Shown here one piece after another: positions 38,401 through 50,992 of a stretch of 64,000 bases of DNA; the stretch's first letter is position 1, and each line of letters starts with the position of its first letter. The translations under genes and the position numbers were made by a program. The stretch covers positions 5,314,831-5,378,830 of the forward strand of contig CM082578.2 in NCBI GenBank assembly GCA_040954595.2. The letters are read 5' to 3'. The DNA is from Balanoglossus misakiensis. Lineage: Eukaryota; Animalia; Hemichordata. A model generated the notes under the pieces. It did no database searches. It was not told the origin of the DNA and saw nothing but the letters and a program-made list of their open reading frames with translations.

Positions 38401-41400
38401 AAGCTCTAAAAAGTTTAGGGTCGGCGGGTTAAAATTAGGGTAGGTCGGGTAGTCGGAGCAGCACGTATTATAATTTTTTTGTGATAAGAACATATGGTCC
38501 ATATACTACATGTACATGCAAGGGAAAACTAAGCTTTCTTGTTCCTTCTATCGCTGAGACAGGTAACTTGTGAAGTGTCGGCTACATACGTGGGTACTGA
38601 GATATATGGTTACCCCCTTCCAAGTAACGCTATCTTCGTAGGCGTACAGGTAATTAACATAATTCATTGTTCTTGTGTGGTATTTTCAGCGGCTCCTTAA
38701 CAGAGTGCAAAAAGGTCGGAAATCATTTTGGCACAGGAAAATGCCACCTGTGATATCGTTTATTTACCATGCGCGACATTAAATAATGTAAATTGGTTTA
38801 CAGAAACTTTTTTCGGCATTTTGATTTCTTCGGTGTGCATTCTCAGAAGCGCTGCCTTTAGTGTACCACGTATATATAATGTCAGGATATTCTCGCAACA
38901 TCCGGGAACTTCCGGCCACTGTGCTCATATTGTAAATTCCTTCTCGGTTCAAATGTGACCATGGTACATTCTATGTAAGATTTCAGTTCATTTTCTAAGT
39001 TTTGGGGTGATGAAATGTGTATGTCACGTACACATATTGAAACGTACCTTGAGAGTGTCGCCAATCATTGCAGCGTGTGAAATAAATCAATCCTGTCCCA
39101 ACTTATGAAATATTCAATTTTTCAGGTATTGCCGAGTGATGTCACTGTTTGGGAAGATGAGCTACCCTCTAATGTATCGATTACAACGACTGTTGCAATG
39201 CAGTGTTCCTTTTATTTGAGGGCAAGAGAAAGTAAGCTACTTTGACGTTGCGGGCGTTTCATGGCGTGACGTAATAATTCCTTGTCAAACTCTCGCAATG
39301 ATTTTGATTTCAAAGATTGTAAGTTTACTTCTCAGATACACAGAATTTAATCTGAGATAAACAAAACTACATGTACATGCAACAAATATACAAATTCCAG
39401 TTCCTAAAGTGAATACCTTTACTTTCCTCCATTTCAGATTACTACGGTTTATCAAGACCCGATATTGTCTTTGACAAATGTCAAGTTGATTACGGCTACC
39501 AAGATGGCGCCAACATCGTTTCTATTTACGCCGTAAGCGATTGTCAGTCAGAGACCTTTTATGCAAACGTTGTAGATATTATCCCGACTGGAGATTGTTC
39601 CTTGTCCGTAATGGAGGGTTATGCTCAGTCTTTTGATGTAAGTTTTTTTTTCTGGAGTTTATCGCTTCCGTTGTGTTGACTAATCAATGCAAGCTAAATA
39701 TGATTGTGTTTTTTTAATTATATGCTAAAATCCCACTGAATAACTCATTAAACCCAATTTTAAGCAATTATTATAAAGTAGTCGTAGAAGACTAATGCAT
39801 TAGATTATAATTATCTCTTTCGTTCTTAAATTTATTTGTAGGTGGACACAGAAGATCTCGACTGTGGCGACTGTTGTGGGACTGGGGATCCGCACTACAC
39901 GACATTTGATGCTAGGTACATTTATGCATTTAAGTTCATCCTCGTCAACTTCGACAGTGTGATCTAAAGTTTTACCCCAGTAACAATTATGGCGCCAGTG
40001 TAAACACAGCCAATATGAAATATTATTTTCGTAGTGTTCGTTGACAAGACTAACCAATACTTTCGAGTATTACCGAAGGTGTGTTCGACATAATAAATTC
40101 CCGTTCTGTCAATCATTGCTTTAAATGATAAAATATGCTAACCTTTCAAACGAATAAAATGTTATGCTACATGTATATATTTTATCTTAGTTCCTATGAC
40201 TGGTATGGGCTCGGGGACTTTGTTCTTCATCAGAGTTTATCGCGACAATTTGAGGTAGGCCTAATAATTTTACTTAGTTTGTATAGCTTTAGTTTCTAGT
40301 AGGAGGTAAGAATTAATAAACGCCTATATTGCGAATATCCATCTATTGACACAAGAAGAGGTCCTTTTTACAATCATACACACTTTCACATTGGAATCTG
40401 CTGGCGCCAAAGTTTTTTGGACTCGATGACGTCATGCTATATAGGAAAAAAAACATACAGTGAGCAAAGGACGTAGTCCTAATGGACATCATACAGACAA
40501 TCTCCATATAATTGAAAATGTGAGGGACCAATATGCAAATTAATGCAAATGGTTTAGATTTATTATATGTCAACATGAATTCAACGTTTGTTGATGCAAG
40601 GCTTATATTTCCACATTTATGATCAAATTCAATAGGTTCATGTTAGGACCTGGGCATGTAATGCTGTGACGTGTCACTGCGCTATCGCTGTACGTGAGAA
40701 TAACGACGTCATAAGTGTCGATATCTGTCACGGTACCTATGGCAGAGCTGCCCCAAGGATAACCAAGTTGAGTAACGGCAAGCTGGCCAGTGGCGTGAGG
40801 GTAAAGAAAGATGAAACGGGAAAAGAATTCGTGGTAATTATAAATCTATTAAATTACAGGTCTTTATTAATACATACCTTGATGTGCGTGCAAAATCAGT
40901 GCGCGTTGATTCGAATAGGCAACATCCGGGAATGTAGCCTGCCGGTGAACGTCATCTTGACCGGTTGCTAAGGCTACGAGTCCGATCCGATGACACCAGC
41001 CTGAACAACAGCTGCCGACACTATTTTCCCCAAATACTTGCTCTTCTGAAAATAATTTTGAACATATTTATTAAACTCAACAGTGGTTTTAACGATGACT
41101 ATGACAGGAGACAATTTGCATCCTGCGTCGGGCAAATGGCCCCTGCCGCTCGGGCACATACACCCATGTATTCAGGCAATAATGTATAATACTCTGGAAG
41201 CCGACAATTCTAAGAGGCATTTGTCTGCGCTGTTACCTTTCCAACTATCATACAATGTATAACCATAATCTTACGTCCAATTTCTTGGAAGTCGAGGAAT
41301 TTTCATTAAATTCCATAGCTTTGAAAGACAACACCATAGCGTGGTCGGTCACAGACTCACTGTCGTCAGCTTGAGACCTTTTGCCGATTTTCCTCCACGG

Positions 41401-44400
41401 GTTTCACATACTGATCTCGTTAATCGAACCGTTCTTTCAGATTGACATGCCTTCTATGAGCTCGGTCCGCGTTGTAACAGCTAGCACTTATATAAATGTG
41501 TACCTTGATGTACCTGGCGCCGATTTTGATCTCTCGGACGGTTTGTGTGGAACATTTGACCACGATAAGAGCAACGATTACAGGAAAAGCGATGGTACAA
41601 CTTTGGCGTATACCGGACGTCGACCAGATGAATTCAGTGAAAGTTGGAGGTACATATGACATACTACTTTACATATTTAAATCGTTCCAGTGGTACTGCC
41701 ATGGAAAATGAAATGCCTTGTTGGGAATGGTCTGCGTTTAGAAAACAAATTGTATGGTTCAATATATTGTGAGAGTTATGCAGTCTTTCTTCCGGGCAGG
41801 TAGCATGAGAGGTGTGCTGGTGACCTCTTGGAATTCCACATACATACTGAGGGTCAGTGCAAACATTGTCGTACGTGAAGTCGTTCCATGGTGACCTCTT
41901 TTATCTATTGGAGGATGGCAGTAGCCTAAATATTCCAATTGGTTCATTAATTGCTTTATGTGCCCTGGTTTCGTCAAACAAACAAACAAACAAACAAACA
42001 ACGTAAACCACCATCGGAAAATGATCACTATCAATGTGTCACCTTCCCAGTGTGCAGTATAAGATACGTGTGGATTTATTTTCAGGATTCCTTCTGGAGA
42101 AAGTTTGTTTGACAAACAGCTAGACGACTTAAGGATACTACAACAGGATACAGTGTACTGCGACTGCCTGGGCCAGGAATACAGTTGCTATGAAAATATG
42201 CAGGAAATCCTTGATTACTCTGATTATGAAGAAGGGTGGACCGATATTACAGACGAAATTGATGGGCAAACTATCACTGGCAAGTAAGTGGGCTGTAAGC
42301 TTTTCCTAATAATGTTTGTCCTGAAATAAGGTGGTACATGTTGTCATTTGTACGATTCAAAAATATTACCCGCGTGTCAAAACACGAACCCTTTCACTAT
42401 CAATGCCGCAGTACAGTATTTTGACTTTAATTATTTTAACATGAGGCTTGCAATGTAACCCTTGACCTCGTCTTTCCAGACGTCCAAGAAGGCAAGTTCA
42501 ATTGCATAGAAGAGTTCGTCAGTACAGTGCCATGGACGGTCATGATTTCGCCCCAGCAATACTGACGTGGCCAACACCTAGTGGTAGAACCGAGCAACAA
42601 GCACGTGACATGTGTGAATCGGCAGTTCTCAACTCAACTGCTACCGAAGCATGCGCAGAAGTTCCGGGCGTTGATTTATTTATTGGCGTCGAAAGCTGTG
42701 TTGAAGACATCGGGGTAATGTATTATGCAATATAATGTTTTGTGTGTTCATTTTTTGGAAAAAAGAGAAGGCGTCAGATCTTAGCAAAATTACTTCAGAA
42801 GTAATGTGTGAGCATTGAGGTATAACTTTTACATTTGACCATGTTCAGAGTTTAAAGTAGCGTGGAAATATTATCCCATCCCATGTACTATAATGAAATG
42901 TATGGTGGTTGGGTTCCAAATCCGTAAAAATCTAATTCTGGTGTTGTATATAACACTATACATACCCTGACATTCACAGGTATCGGACAGTCTAATGTTT
43001 TTAAATGACGCAGTGTCGTTAATGGAAAACCAATGCGTTGATCTGGCAATGAAAAACCTTTCCCTATACACAACAGGTAAATAATGGAAATTTCTCATTT
43101 TATTTTGTGTTACTATCATCCGAAACTGCGGGCCTTGTGGATTTTTTCCACAACCCACCTCTACAAAGAAAACGTTGGTGGCTGCTTGATGTGGTTTGCG
43201 GCGCAATGTGTAGTTCAAAGTTTGTTGAAGTGATAGTCAGACGTGTGACCCTTATTAAACGAAACGGTATAGCAGCCGAGCCCTTTACCGTGACTCCAAC
43301 ATGAATGCACTAGGAGTCGTCATCAACATTTGGACGTAAACAGAATACCGTTTATTCAAACTAATCTTACAAGTATTACTTTCTCGTAACCCAGATGCAA
43401 ATGGTACTGTTATCGGCCCACCGTCGTTTGTATTCGAGGTGATCTGTCCATCACAGTGCAGCGGCCAGGGTCTGTGCGTCAACGGAACGTGTGAATGTTA
43501 TCAAGGTACGTCTTCACTACCTAATGATGATCAGCTATATTTCTTCACCCATTTTATGATAAATTGCATTGTCAATTCTTGCTACCTTAAGTAAGTTTTC
43601 ACTTCGTGCTGTAGGGGTTCAAATAACATGATTATATGATTCTTGGTGAAAGGTCGACAATTCACTGCAGTAAAAATTTTAAAATATGTTAACTGTATTT
43701 CATGACTTTCATTGGCCAAAAGTTTATGTCTTTGTAGTTAGCATATTATCCTCATTGAACTTTTTTTCAAATGTTACTATTTTTTCTGTTAAAAAGTTTA
43801 AGAATGACACAGTATCACTATAACTTATGGCAAAAATCGGCCATTTTGAAATCGTGTCGACCATAAGATTTTCATCACTCACCTAGGCAGCAAAAACCTA
43901 CATGAGCGAGAATTGGGAATAGCATTTTCGTGGTATCTACAGCAACCGAAATATTCACCGATTACCTAAAAGAGTTCGTGCTCTTTCTTGTCAGGATTTG
44001 ACGGAGCTGATTGTTCCATCGACACCACAAGACCCCCTAACCTTTGGTACATCAACGACGCCGAAGAGCACGCCCTCTGTGACATCAGAGAAGAGCCGTG
44101 CCAGCATATCAGCGTCATTGGTGACAATTTCCTGAATTCGGATGGTTTAATCTGCCTCTACAGCGAAACCCAAGATCCCCTTCCCACTGAATCTTACTTC
44201 GCAACATTTCGAGAAGTTATTTGCTCACTGGAGAATCCATTGGTAGTTCCCGGAGATCCTGACGTCACTGAAGGGGTCACAGTTCAGACCATTGAGATGT
44301 TCGTTAGTAACGACAACGGGATTACCTCCAGTAATGGATTGCTATTGACAACGTATGACTCTAAATGTCAATATTGTAATGAAACATTTTACTGTGAGCT

Positions 44401-45759
44401 TAAGGTATGTTATTATATATTTTTTAATTTCTTTTGCATATTTGCATGTATTATAATATGTCAATAGTTGGTTAATGTTTGTACCGTCAAGGACATGTTA
44501 ATAAATATGATAATGACGTTGCGATGGATTAAATTTAAATTTTGCCTTGAAACGATAATCATTATAGTATTTTCGTGATCTTCTCCTCCAGTCCGATTCC
44601 TGTGAAATAAACGGTCACTGCTTTTCGTCCGGAGAATTCAATCCCAACGACGACACGAAATACTGCAACCCCAGCGTCAACCAATATGAATGGACAGAAA
44701 TCGAAGGTAATAGGCCACTTCCCTGGCACCTATATGACGTAACATTCTCGCAGTGACACAGCATATTTAATGATGTCATTCATACTTCTTCAAAAAAATC
44801 GTTCTTCAAAATATTACTCCCTTCATATGTGCACGATTGTTATTCCAGATCATATGTCTTCACTTGTTTTTAAATCAAATAATCTCTGCTATGCCCGAGT
44901 GCACAAAAGCGAATACAGCTCCTTGGAATAAATACTTGTAAGAATTTCACACATTGTTCATTATCAAACGATGTGACGAGATGCCTCCTTCAGCAGCATT
45001 CTGATACAATATTCACGTCATAAAAGATGTTTGTCCAAAAATACAGTATTTCATGTCTTTTTTTAAAAACCTGTCCAGATCCGAATTCAGGAGACGAAAA
45101 TTGGGTGATGATACTTGCTTTGACCTTGTGTGGAATAGCTGGTATTATTCTGGCCACAATCCTTATCGTCGTTGTGTACAAGCACGTGTTCAAAAAGAAG
45201 CATTTGGATAACAAGGTTATAAGCTTTTTTTCAGTTTAATGTTGTGCGATATATCGATTATCAATAGTTAAACAATTCTATGTATGTATGTATGTATGTA
45301 TGTATGTATGTATGTATGTATGTATGTATGTATGTATGTATGTATGTATGTATGTATGTATGTATGTATGTATGTATGTATGTATGTATGTACGTATGTA
45401 CGTATGTACGTATGTACGTACGTATGTATGTATGTATGTATGTATGTATGTATGTATGTATGTATGTATGTATGTATGTATGTATGTATGTATTTGTTTA
45501 CTTTTTCCTGTATAATACTCTTGCTCAATTAATTAAAGGAGCAATATTCAATTCCTGTTTTCTGCATTAGTTTTTGTTGGCATTAAACTTTTATGCGGTT
45601 CAACGCCTTTGTTTTCCATTGGATGTGTACCCTATTTATTCATTGGCTTTCGATAAAGAAGGTGCACGTCTAAAGACAACAGCATTTTATGTCTTCCTTT
45701 AGGTGCATCCCAAGCAGTCTTACCAGGAGACCGTTGTTGTTGAGACCAAAGGTATCTAA
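29458..45759 (+). CDS. VWDE-like single-pass membrane glycoprotein: signal peptide, three Gly/aromatic-rich repeats, UMOD/GP2-type Cys-rich domain, VWD (GDPH), EGF, TM helix
   Basis: Approximate exons: 32370-32488, 33611-33797, 33995-34246, 34910-35038, 35264-35469, 35793-36039, 36137-36400 (WYRFTSEAGGEIPTSCV...CGTQYPVW), 37271-37376, 37855-38069, 38563-38649, 39126-39231, 39438-39637, 39842-39915 (GTGDPHYTTFD), 40191-40254, 40637-40833, 41441-41648 (GLCGTFD), 42086-42283, 42480-42714, 42980-43076, 43395-43505 (CPSQCSGQGLCVNGTCEC), 43995-44403, 44592-44706, 45080-45214 (TM), 45703-45759. The signal-peptide exons at 29458-29517 and 29790- are tentative. Confidence 0.85.
30056..30530 (+). repeat. 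Dispersed ~470-bp repeat, with inverted copies at ~52310-52782 and ~59745-60212
   Basis: For example, ACAGAGGGCGTATGTCACATACTTCAGTT here matches AACTGAAGTATGTGACATACGCCCTCTGT at ~52710 and ~60140. Confidence 0.8.
30546..31995. mobile_element. PIF/Harbinger-like MITE, copy 2, with an internal ~650-bp tandem duplication
   Basis: Same TIRs as 8851-9627; TTA TSD; ~30660-31308 is repeated at ~31309-31950. Confidence 0.9.
32802..33243. mobile_element. Palindromic MITE with TAG...CTA termini (Academ-like)
   Basis: TAGACTGTCGACAGTCCCTCGCGCCTAATGTGTAT with an inverted copy at the other end; 8-bp TSD TAGATGCC (32794-32801, 33244-33251). Confidence 0.9.
34357..34529. mobile_element. Short hairpin MITE
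   Basis: ACCCTTTTCCTAAGTCTAGCGCCCTCA ... TGAGGGCGCTAGATTTATGAAAAGGGT inverted arms. Confidence 0.65.
36592..37250. mobile_element. Crypton-like non-autonomous element
   Basis: ~185-bp terminal hairpin (36596-36779) centred on GAGCCGCAGGCGAG, plus a second IR pair TTTATTACGCC / GGTGTAATAAA; no TSD seen. Confidence 0.6.
38178..38480. mobile_element. Degenerate MITE (Harbinger-like, GGCCAAAAAAA end, GGGTAGG subrepeats)
   Basis: Imperfect IR ATGTGCTGTTCCGATTAC / GTAGTCGGAGCAGCACGT. Confidence 0.5.
43590..43905 (+). repeat. LINE-free copy of the interspersed repeat into which the LINE at 11970/16179 inserted
   Basis: AAAAATCGGCCATTTTGAAATCGTGTCGA-CC-ATAAGATTTTCATCACTCACCTAGG joins the two LINE flanks (11941-11969 and 13629-13666). 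Confidence 0.75.
45279..45493 (+). repeat. (TATG)n microsatellite with TACG variants
   Basis: Directly visible; lies in the last intron of the VWDE-like gene. Confidence 0.98.
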
Positions 45760-46809
45760 TCGGATCTTCCTGTAAAAGGACCCGTCGGTGCAGCGCTGAT
45801 ATAAAGTCGTCTTTGTAAAGAACACCTTTCTTACAAATTAGTTCTTATACAAGAACAGTTCAATCCTTCCAAGAAAATCAATATTCCGCCTGACAATATT
45901 GTCCACTGTCACCAAGATATACATCAGTGTAATTCCGTCCCAACCACTTCTTATACAAGGTTATTTCGTTGTTTGTATTACTATTTACTAGTATAATAAA
46001 ATACATAGTATTATATCTGACCTATTGATTGTTTGAGTGATCGATTGATCGATTGATTGAATGAATGAATGAGTGAGTGAGTGAGTGAGTGAGTGAGTAC
46101 AACAGTACCTTCATCTTATTTACACTTTCATTTTATGAATCGGTAAACCGTGTCACGGGTCGGAGCTGTGATGTGATAGATTTACTGCAAAAGTCCCGCC
46201 GTCTATTTATAGATGCAATGGCCTTCATATGACCTTTACTTCCGAGTATTTTTCTTCTGGTCGACACCCACTAAACACAGACGACGAACACTGCACTAGT
46301 CCTGACCGAGGCATCATAGAGACGCAACCATCGTTACTACGGAATACACACTCTTTTGTCGAATGTAAGTAGTTTTATTAAATTTAATCCAGATAGATTA
46401 TTTTAATTTTAGTTTAATTTTAGTTTGGAGTTGGGTCGTGTTATGTATCCATGTGATATCTTTCACGTTTCAATGACTGTATACATGAAATTTCGTCACA
46501 TGCTAGTCTTCCTGTTATGTTGTACGTACTGCTGTGCATACTTTATCTGTCAAAACTCATCATGAAGTTGATACAGCGCTGTTTGAAATTCTCTGTGTAT
46601 AAACGATTTGAAAAGGTCGATTCAACAAGGTGGGTGTCTCAGATCTCAATGGGCTTGGATAATCGCCTCTGCGTGTAATATTTCTCCGTCTATCATTAAT
46701 TTACTTCTCGTCCATATGAACACATTATATGTATATGACTTGTTTATTAATCTGTTCCACGAAGCGTTGTTTTTACGTCGATCTTACATGGAATAAATGC
46801 GTCATTTTT

Positions 46810-46829
46810 ACTTTCACTTTAGTTTCACT
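46810..46829 (-). promoter_or_regulatory. Candidate tandem IRF-E/ISRE-like motif upstream of the 3CxxC gene
   Basis: Minus strand reads AGTGAAACTAAAGTGAAAGT; an ETS-like CACTTCCGGG lies at ~47018. Motif match only. Confidence 0.35.
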
Positions 46830-47397
46830 GGAAACTTCGCACGACAATTGGGCAGATTCTGCGTACCAGTATTAATAACTCACCCGTGCTCTGTTGGATA
46901 ATTTCAAGGTCTGTGGAATATCCAAAACGTCTGTTGATCAAAATTCCTTTTGTATCACGTCAACATTTAAGGGGAACAAATATAGAAATTTAACATAGCT
47001 CATCTGTTGGGCGACAATCACTTCCGGGTTCAGCGTTGTTGCAGGTATGCTTCGAATGGTACGGGGTGATCGGGTCGATGTGACGACACGCGTTTCAACA
47101 CAAAGCAGTGGATTGTACGCTAGCTGTCTGTGTTCGTCTGGTTCACCTGGTGAACGTCACAATATACAGCAGAAGCAATTTTAGAATCGAACTGACTCCA
47201 GTTCATAGAGTATCTTATTGGTAAAATTAGCTTGTGGTTAGGCCTATTCAGACTTGTCAAGTCACCATGAATGACAGCGCATCGTTTCTAGGGGGTCACT
47301 ATTCTTTCTCTTTTTTTTTTCAGAGCGATAACTTTGACTGGAAAGGGAGCCTAGTGGAATTCGAAAATTTCATCGAACAGACTGTGAACTGAGAACT

Positions 47398-48270
<873 letters not shown>

Positions 48271-49977
48271 AGTATCGTTAGAAATTAAATTACTTCACAG
48301 TTGAAGACGAGAAATGAAACCCAGCTCTGTTATAAGCCAACAATACACAAGTAACGGGGATCTACATTTTTCTTAAGCACTGTGGAATCTTCATGATCTT
48401 TGGCAAAGACAGTGACATCAAAATATAAATATGAATTGTGTCGTCTACACCGACAAATAAGGTCACTTACTACAATACACGCACGTGATCTACCACGTGA
48501 ATTGATAATTGTAACTATAATTGTATATTGTTGAATTGTACTGTACATAATTGTTCCTGCAAACTTATTCTGTTGTAAAAGTTCACGTCTTTGTCTGAAG
48601 TTTGTCGTTCTATAATCGAACCATGCATGATATGTGTATGTGTAAATATTCGGGGTCAATGGCAAAATTCGCAATTGAGATTATGTACTGTAATAAACAT
48701 TTCAAATAAATATTAAGATTTGACCTTTGATAGCTCACGCCTCATTTTCGATTTAATTTCCATTTAAAATCATTCTTCATTTTAGCCTCTACTCTCATGA
48801 AACGTTAAGCTAGCTGGTTCACAGTTTCAGTATTCGAATCCCGTGACCTTAATAAAGAACTAGAACGTCAAGCTTCTATTCAGTACCCAAGATTCGAATA
48901 GGGAACTAGCACTGGAAGGCGGTACTGTGATTTGAAGGGATTAGAATCACGTATATACCCATTTTTTATATTCACTTCATAACGGACCAAGAAAAATTTA
49001 AGTCAACATCACTAAACCAATGATCAATTAAATGAACCCCCAGCTTGCCCGGGAAAGGTTCATACAGATACAAGGCAGCAATCCTGACTGCTGCGGGGAA
49101 TGTTTCATTTTCACTTTATTTTAACCAGAAGTCAAAGGCAATGACAACTTGCTATTCAGAAATGTATTGAGCATTCTATATAAAAGCGGCAGCAAGTGCA
49201 GACTCGCGATTTTATGCGGCAGAGCGTTGGAAGGCTGAAAACGGTTACAGGTATGTAGACTGTCGCTGGAGATGTTTCTGTTAGCAGCGAACGTGTTATG
49301 CATCCCTTATTTACTATAAAGCTGAATTTCATATTTTAATGCAACACGCGGTAGTCCCCAACCAGTGCAATGGCAGTGCTTTCGAATGAAATTGTGTCTT
49401 TGTAACATGTACTAGTAAGCAGCGTCTGATGGCGTTGCTTCGCCGTACACCAAGATAAACGCGTTTTATATGTTCCAGGTTTGGAAGAAGGGAAATCCTA
49501 CAGGTGGTCGGTCGATCGCGTTGTAACAATGTCACTGAAACGTAAAGACAGTTCTGAAGACGTAAGTTCTTTCGTATTTTTTTTATCATCGGTTACTTTA
49601 TATATTCATCTGGCGTCATCTCACACATTGTTGTAGAAATCTCCAACCCCCCCCCCCCCCCCCAACGCCGCGCCTGTCTTTGATTTTGAGGACACATGCC
49701 CATGGAATAAAACAATCCTTCAACCGAGCAACACCGTTTAATACCAACCACCTATTCTCGAGAATCAAAGTTCAAGTTTCCGCTCTTGTTGCGGGAAAGT
49801 GACCTGTAGTTTATTTTACTACATTTATGCACAGTCACTCAGCGTGTGCACCGTTGCCCGTACACCCAGGTGTAAAACGAAAGCGACAGTATATATAGGA
49901 GTATGCCCAGGCCAGCTATAGCTAGACTGAAGCTGTCTTTTTCAAAATGAAATGTTTCTGTGTTGGGTGTGCATGTA

Positions 49978-50185
49978 CAACACATTATTTTCGCGAGCAA
50001 TAAATGTTCGCGAAATACGCGAGAGCCAAAATAGCGTGAAAATAAAAAGTCGCGTAATTTCTTTTGAAGATAACGATGCAGTGAATGAAAACCTTAGTAA
50101 GAGAACGCGAAAATGAATACTCGCGAAACAGTGGTCTCTCTCGATATCGCGAAAATTTCAACTCGCGAAAATAAAGTGTTCGGTA
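49978..50185. mobile_element. Degenerate MITE with CGCGAAAA subrepeats
   Basis: Multiple TTTCGCG / CGCGAAAAT motifs typical of small TIR elements; termini are eroded. Confidence 0.45.
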
Positions 50186-50365
50186 TCGATCTAACCAAAT
50201 TATTGCAATTGTATTTATCCCTCTCTCTGTTTACTGATATTCTAGAAGAAAGTAAACGCATTAGTTTAAAATATATTCTCTCGCGTTTAGGGTTGTGAAG
50301 ATGGAGGAGGTAGGAAGGTACCAAAGCTCGCGGACTTGCCAACGCTGTCTTTTGGAGTACCGCGC

Positions 50366-50992
50366 ATGGGAGTCTCGCCGCCTATTCAAACGTTCGTGTT
50401 CATTGATTTGGAGGCAACGGGATTGCCCGACCCCCCGGGCAACTGGCCCGATATAACCGAGTTGGCCATGATCGCTGTCTCACGCGAGGCCGTACGGGGG
50501 ACCACCGGCAACGGCGACGTTCCCAGAATTCTGGACAAGGTGACGATGTGCCTCGCGCCGAAGAAGGACCTGTCGTCACACGCGGAAAGGATGAGCGGGC
50601 TGACCAAGTCCACGCTGAGCAAACACAAGAAGAAGGCGATGGACACTGACGTGGACGGCGCATTGCGACATTTCCTGCGCCGGCAAGAGGCGCCCGTCTG
50701 CCTGGTGTCGCACGCGGGCGACCGGTTCGACTTCCCAGTGCTGCGCAACGAGCTGGCCAAAGTCGGCGGCGTGTGGGACGCCGTCTACACCGCCGATAGT
50801 TTGATGTTCTTCCAGGATAACCTGCCGAGGCAGCAGAGGAAGACTCTCCAGTTGCTATGCCAAGAGTACCTGCAGTTCGAGCCGAACCACACCGCTGAGG
50901 GTGACGCCACCGGCCTTTTGAGACTGCTCTCCTTACCGAAGTTCTCGCAGGATTTCCTTGATTGGGCCCAGAAAAAGAAAAAGACATTTTAG
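50366..50992 (+). CDS. TREX1/TREX2-like DEDDh 3'-5' DNA exonuclease, single coding exon, 208 aa, no C-terminal membrane tail
   Basis: ExoI FIDLEATGLP, ExoII CLVSHAGDRFDFPVL, ExoIII HTAEGD and the PRILDKVTMCL segment. First in-frame ATG at 50366; an upstream acceptor TTTAG ends at 50290. Confidence 0.92.
   Translation: MGVSPPIQTFVFIDLEATGLPDPPGNWPDITELAMIAVSREAVRGTTGNGDVPRILDKVTMCLAPKKDLSSHAERMSGLTKSTLSKHKKKAMDTDVDGALRHFLRRQEAPVCLVSHAGDRFDFPVLRNELAKVGGVWDAVYTADSLMFFQDNLPRQQRKTLQLLCQEYLQFEPNHTAEGDATGLLRLLSLPKFSQDFLDWAQKKKKTF

Noticed and set aside
45268-45570. MYVC/IHTY repeat ORFs
   Set aside because: (TATG)n microsatellite translations.
50386-50987. Long antisense ORFs and high GC of the TREX CDS suggesting horizontal transfer or an overlapping gene
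   Set aside because: GC-rich codon usage removes antisense stops, TREX genes typically have a single coding exon, and the motifs are animal TREX-like.
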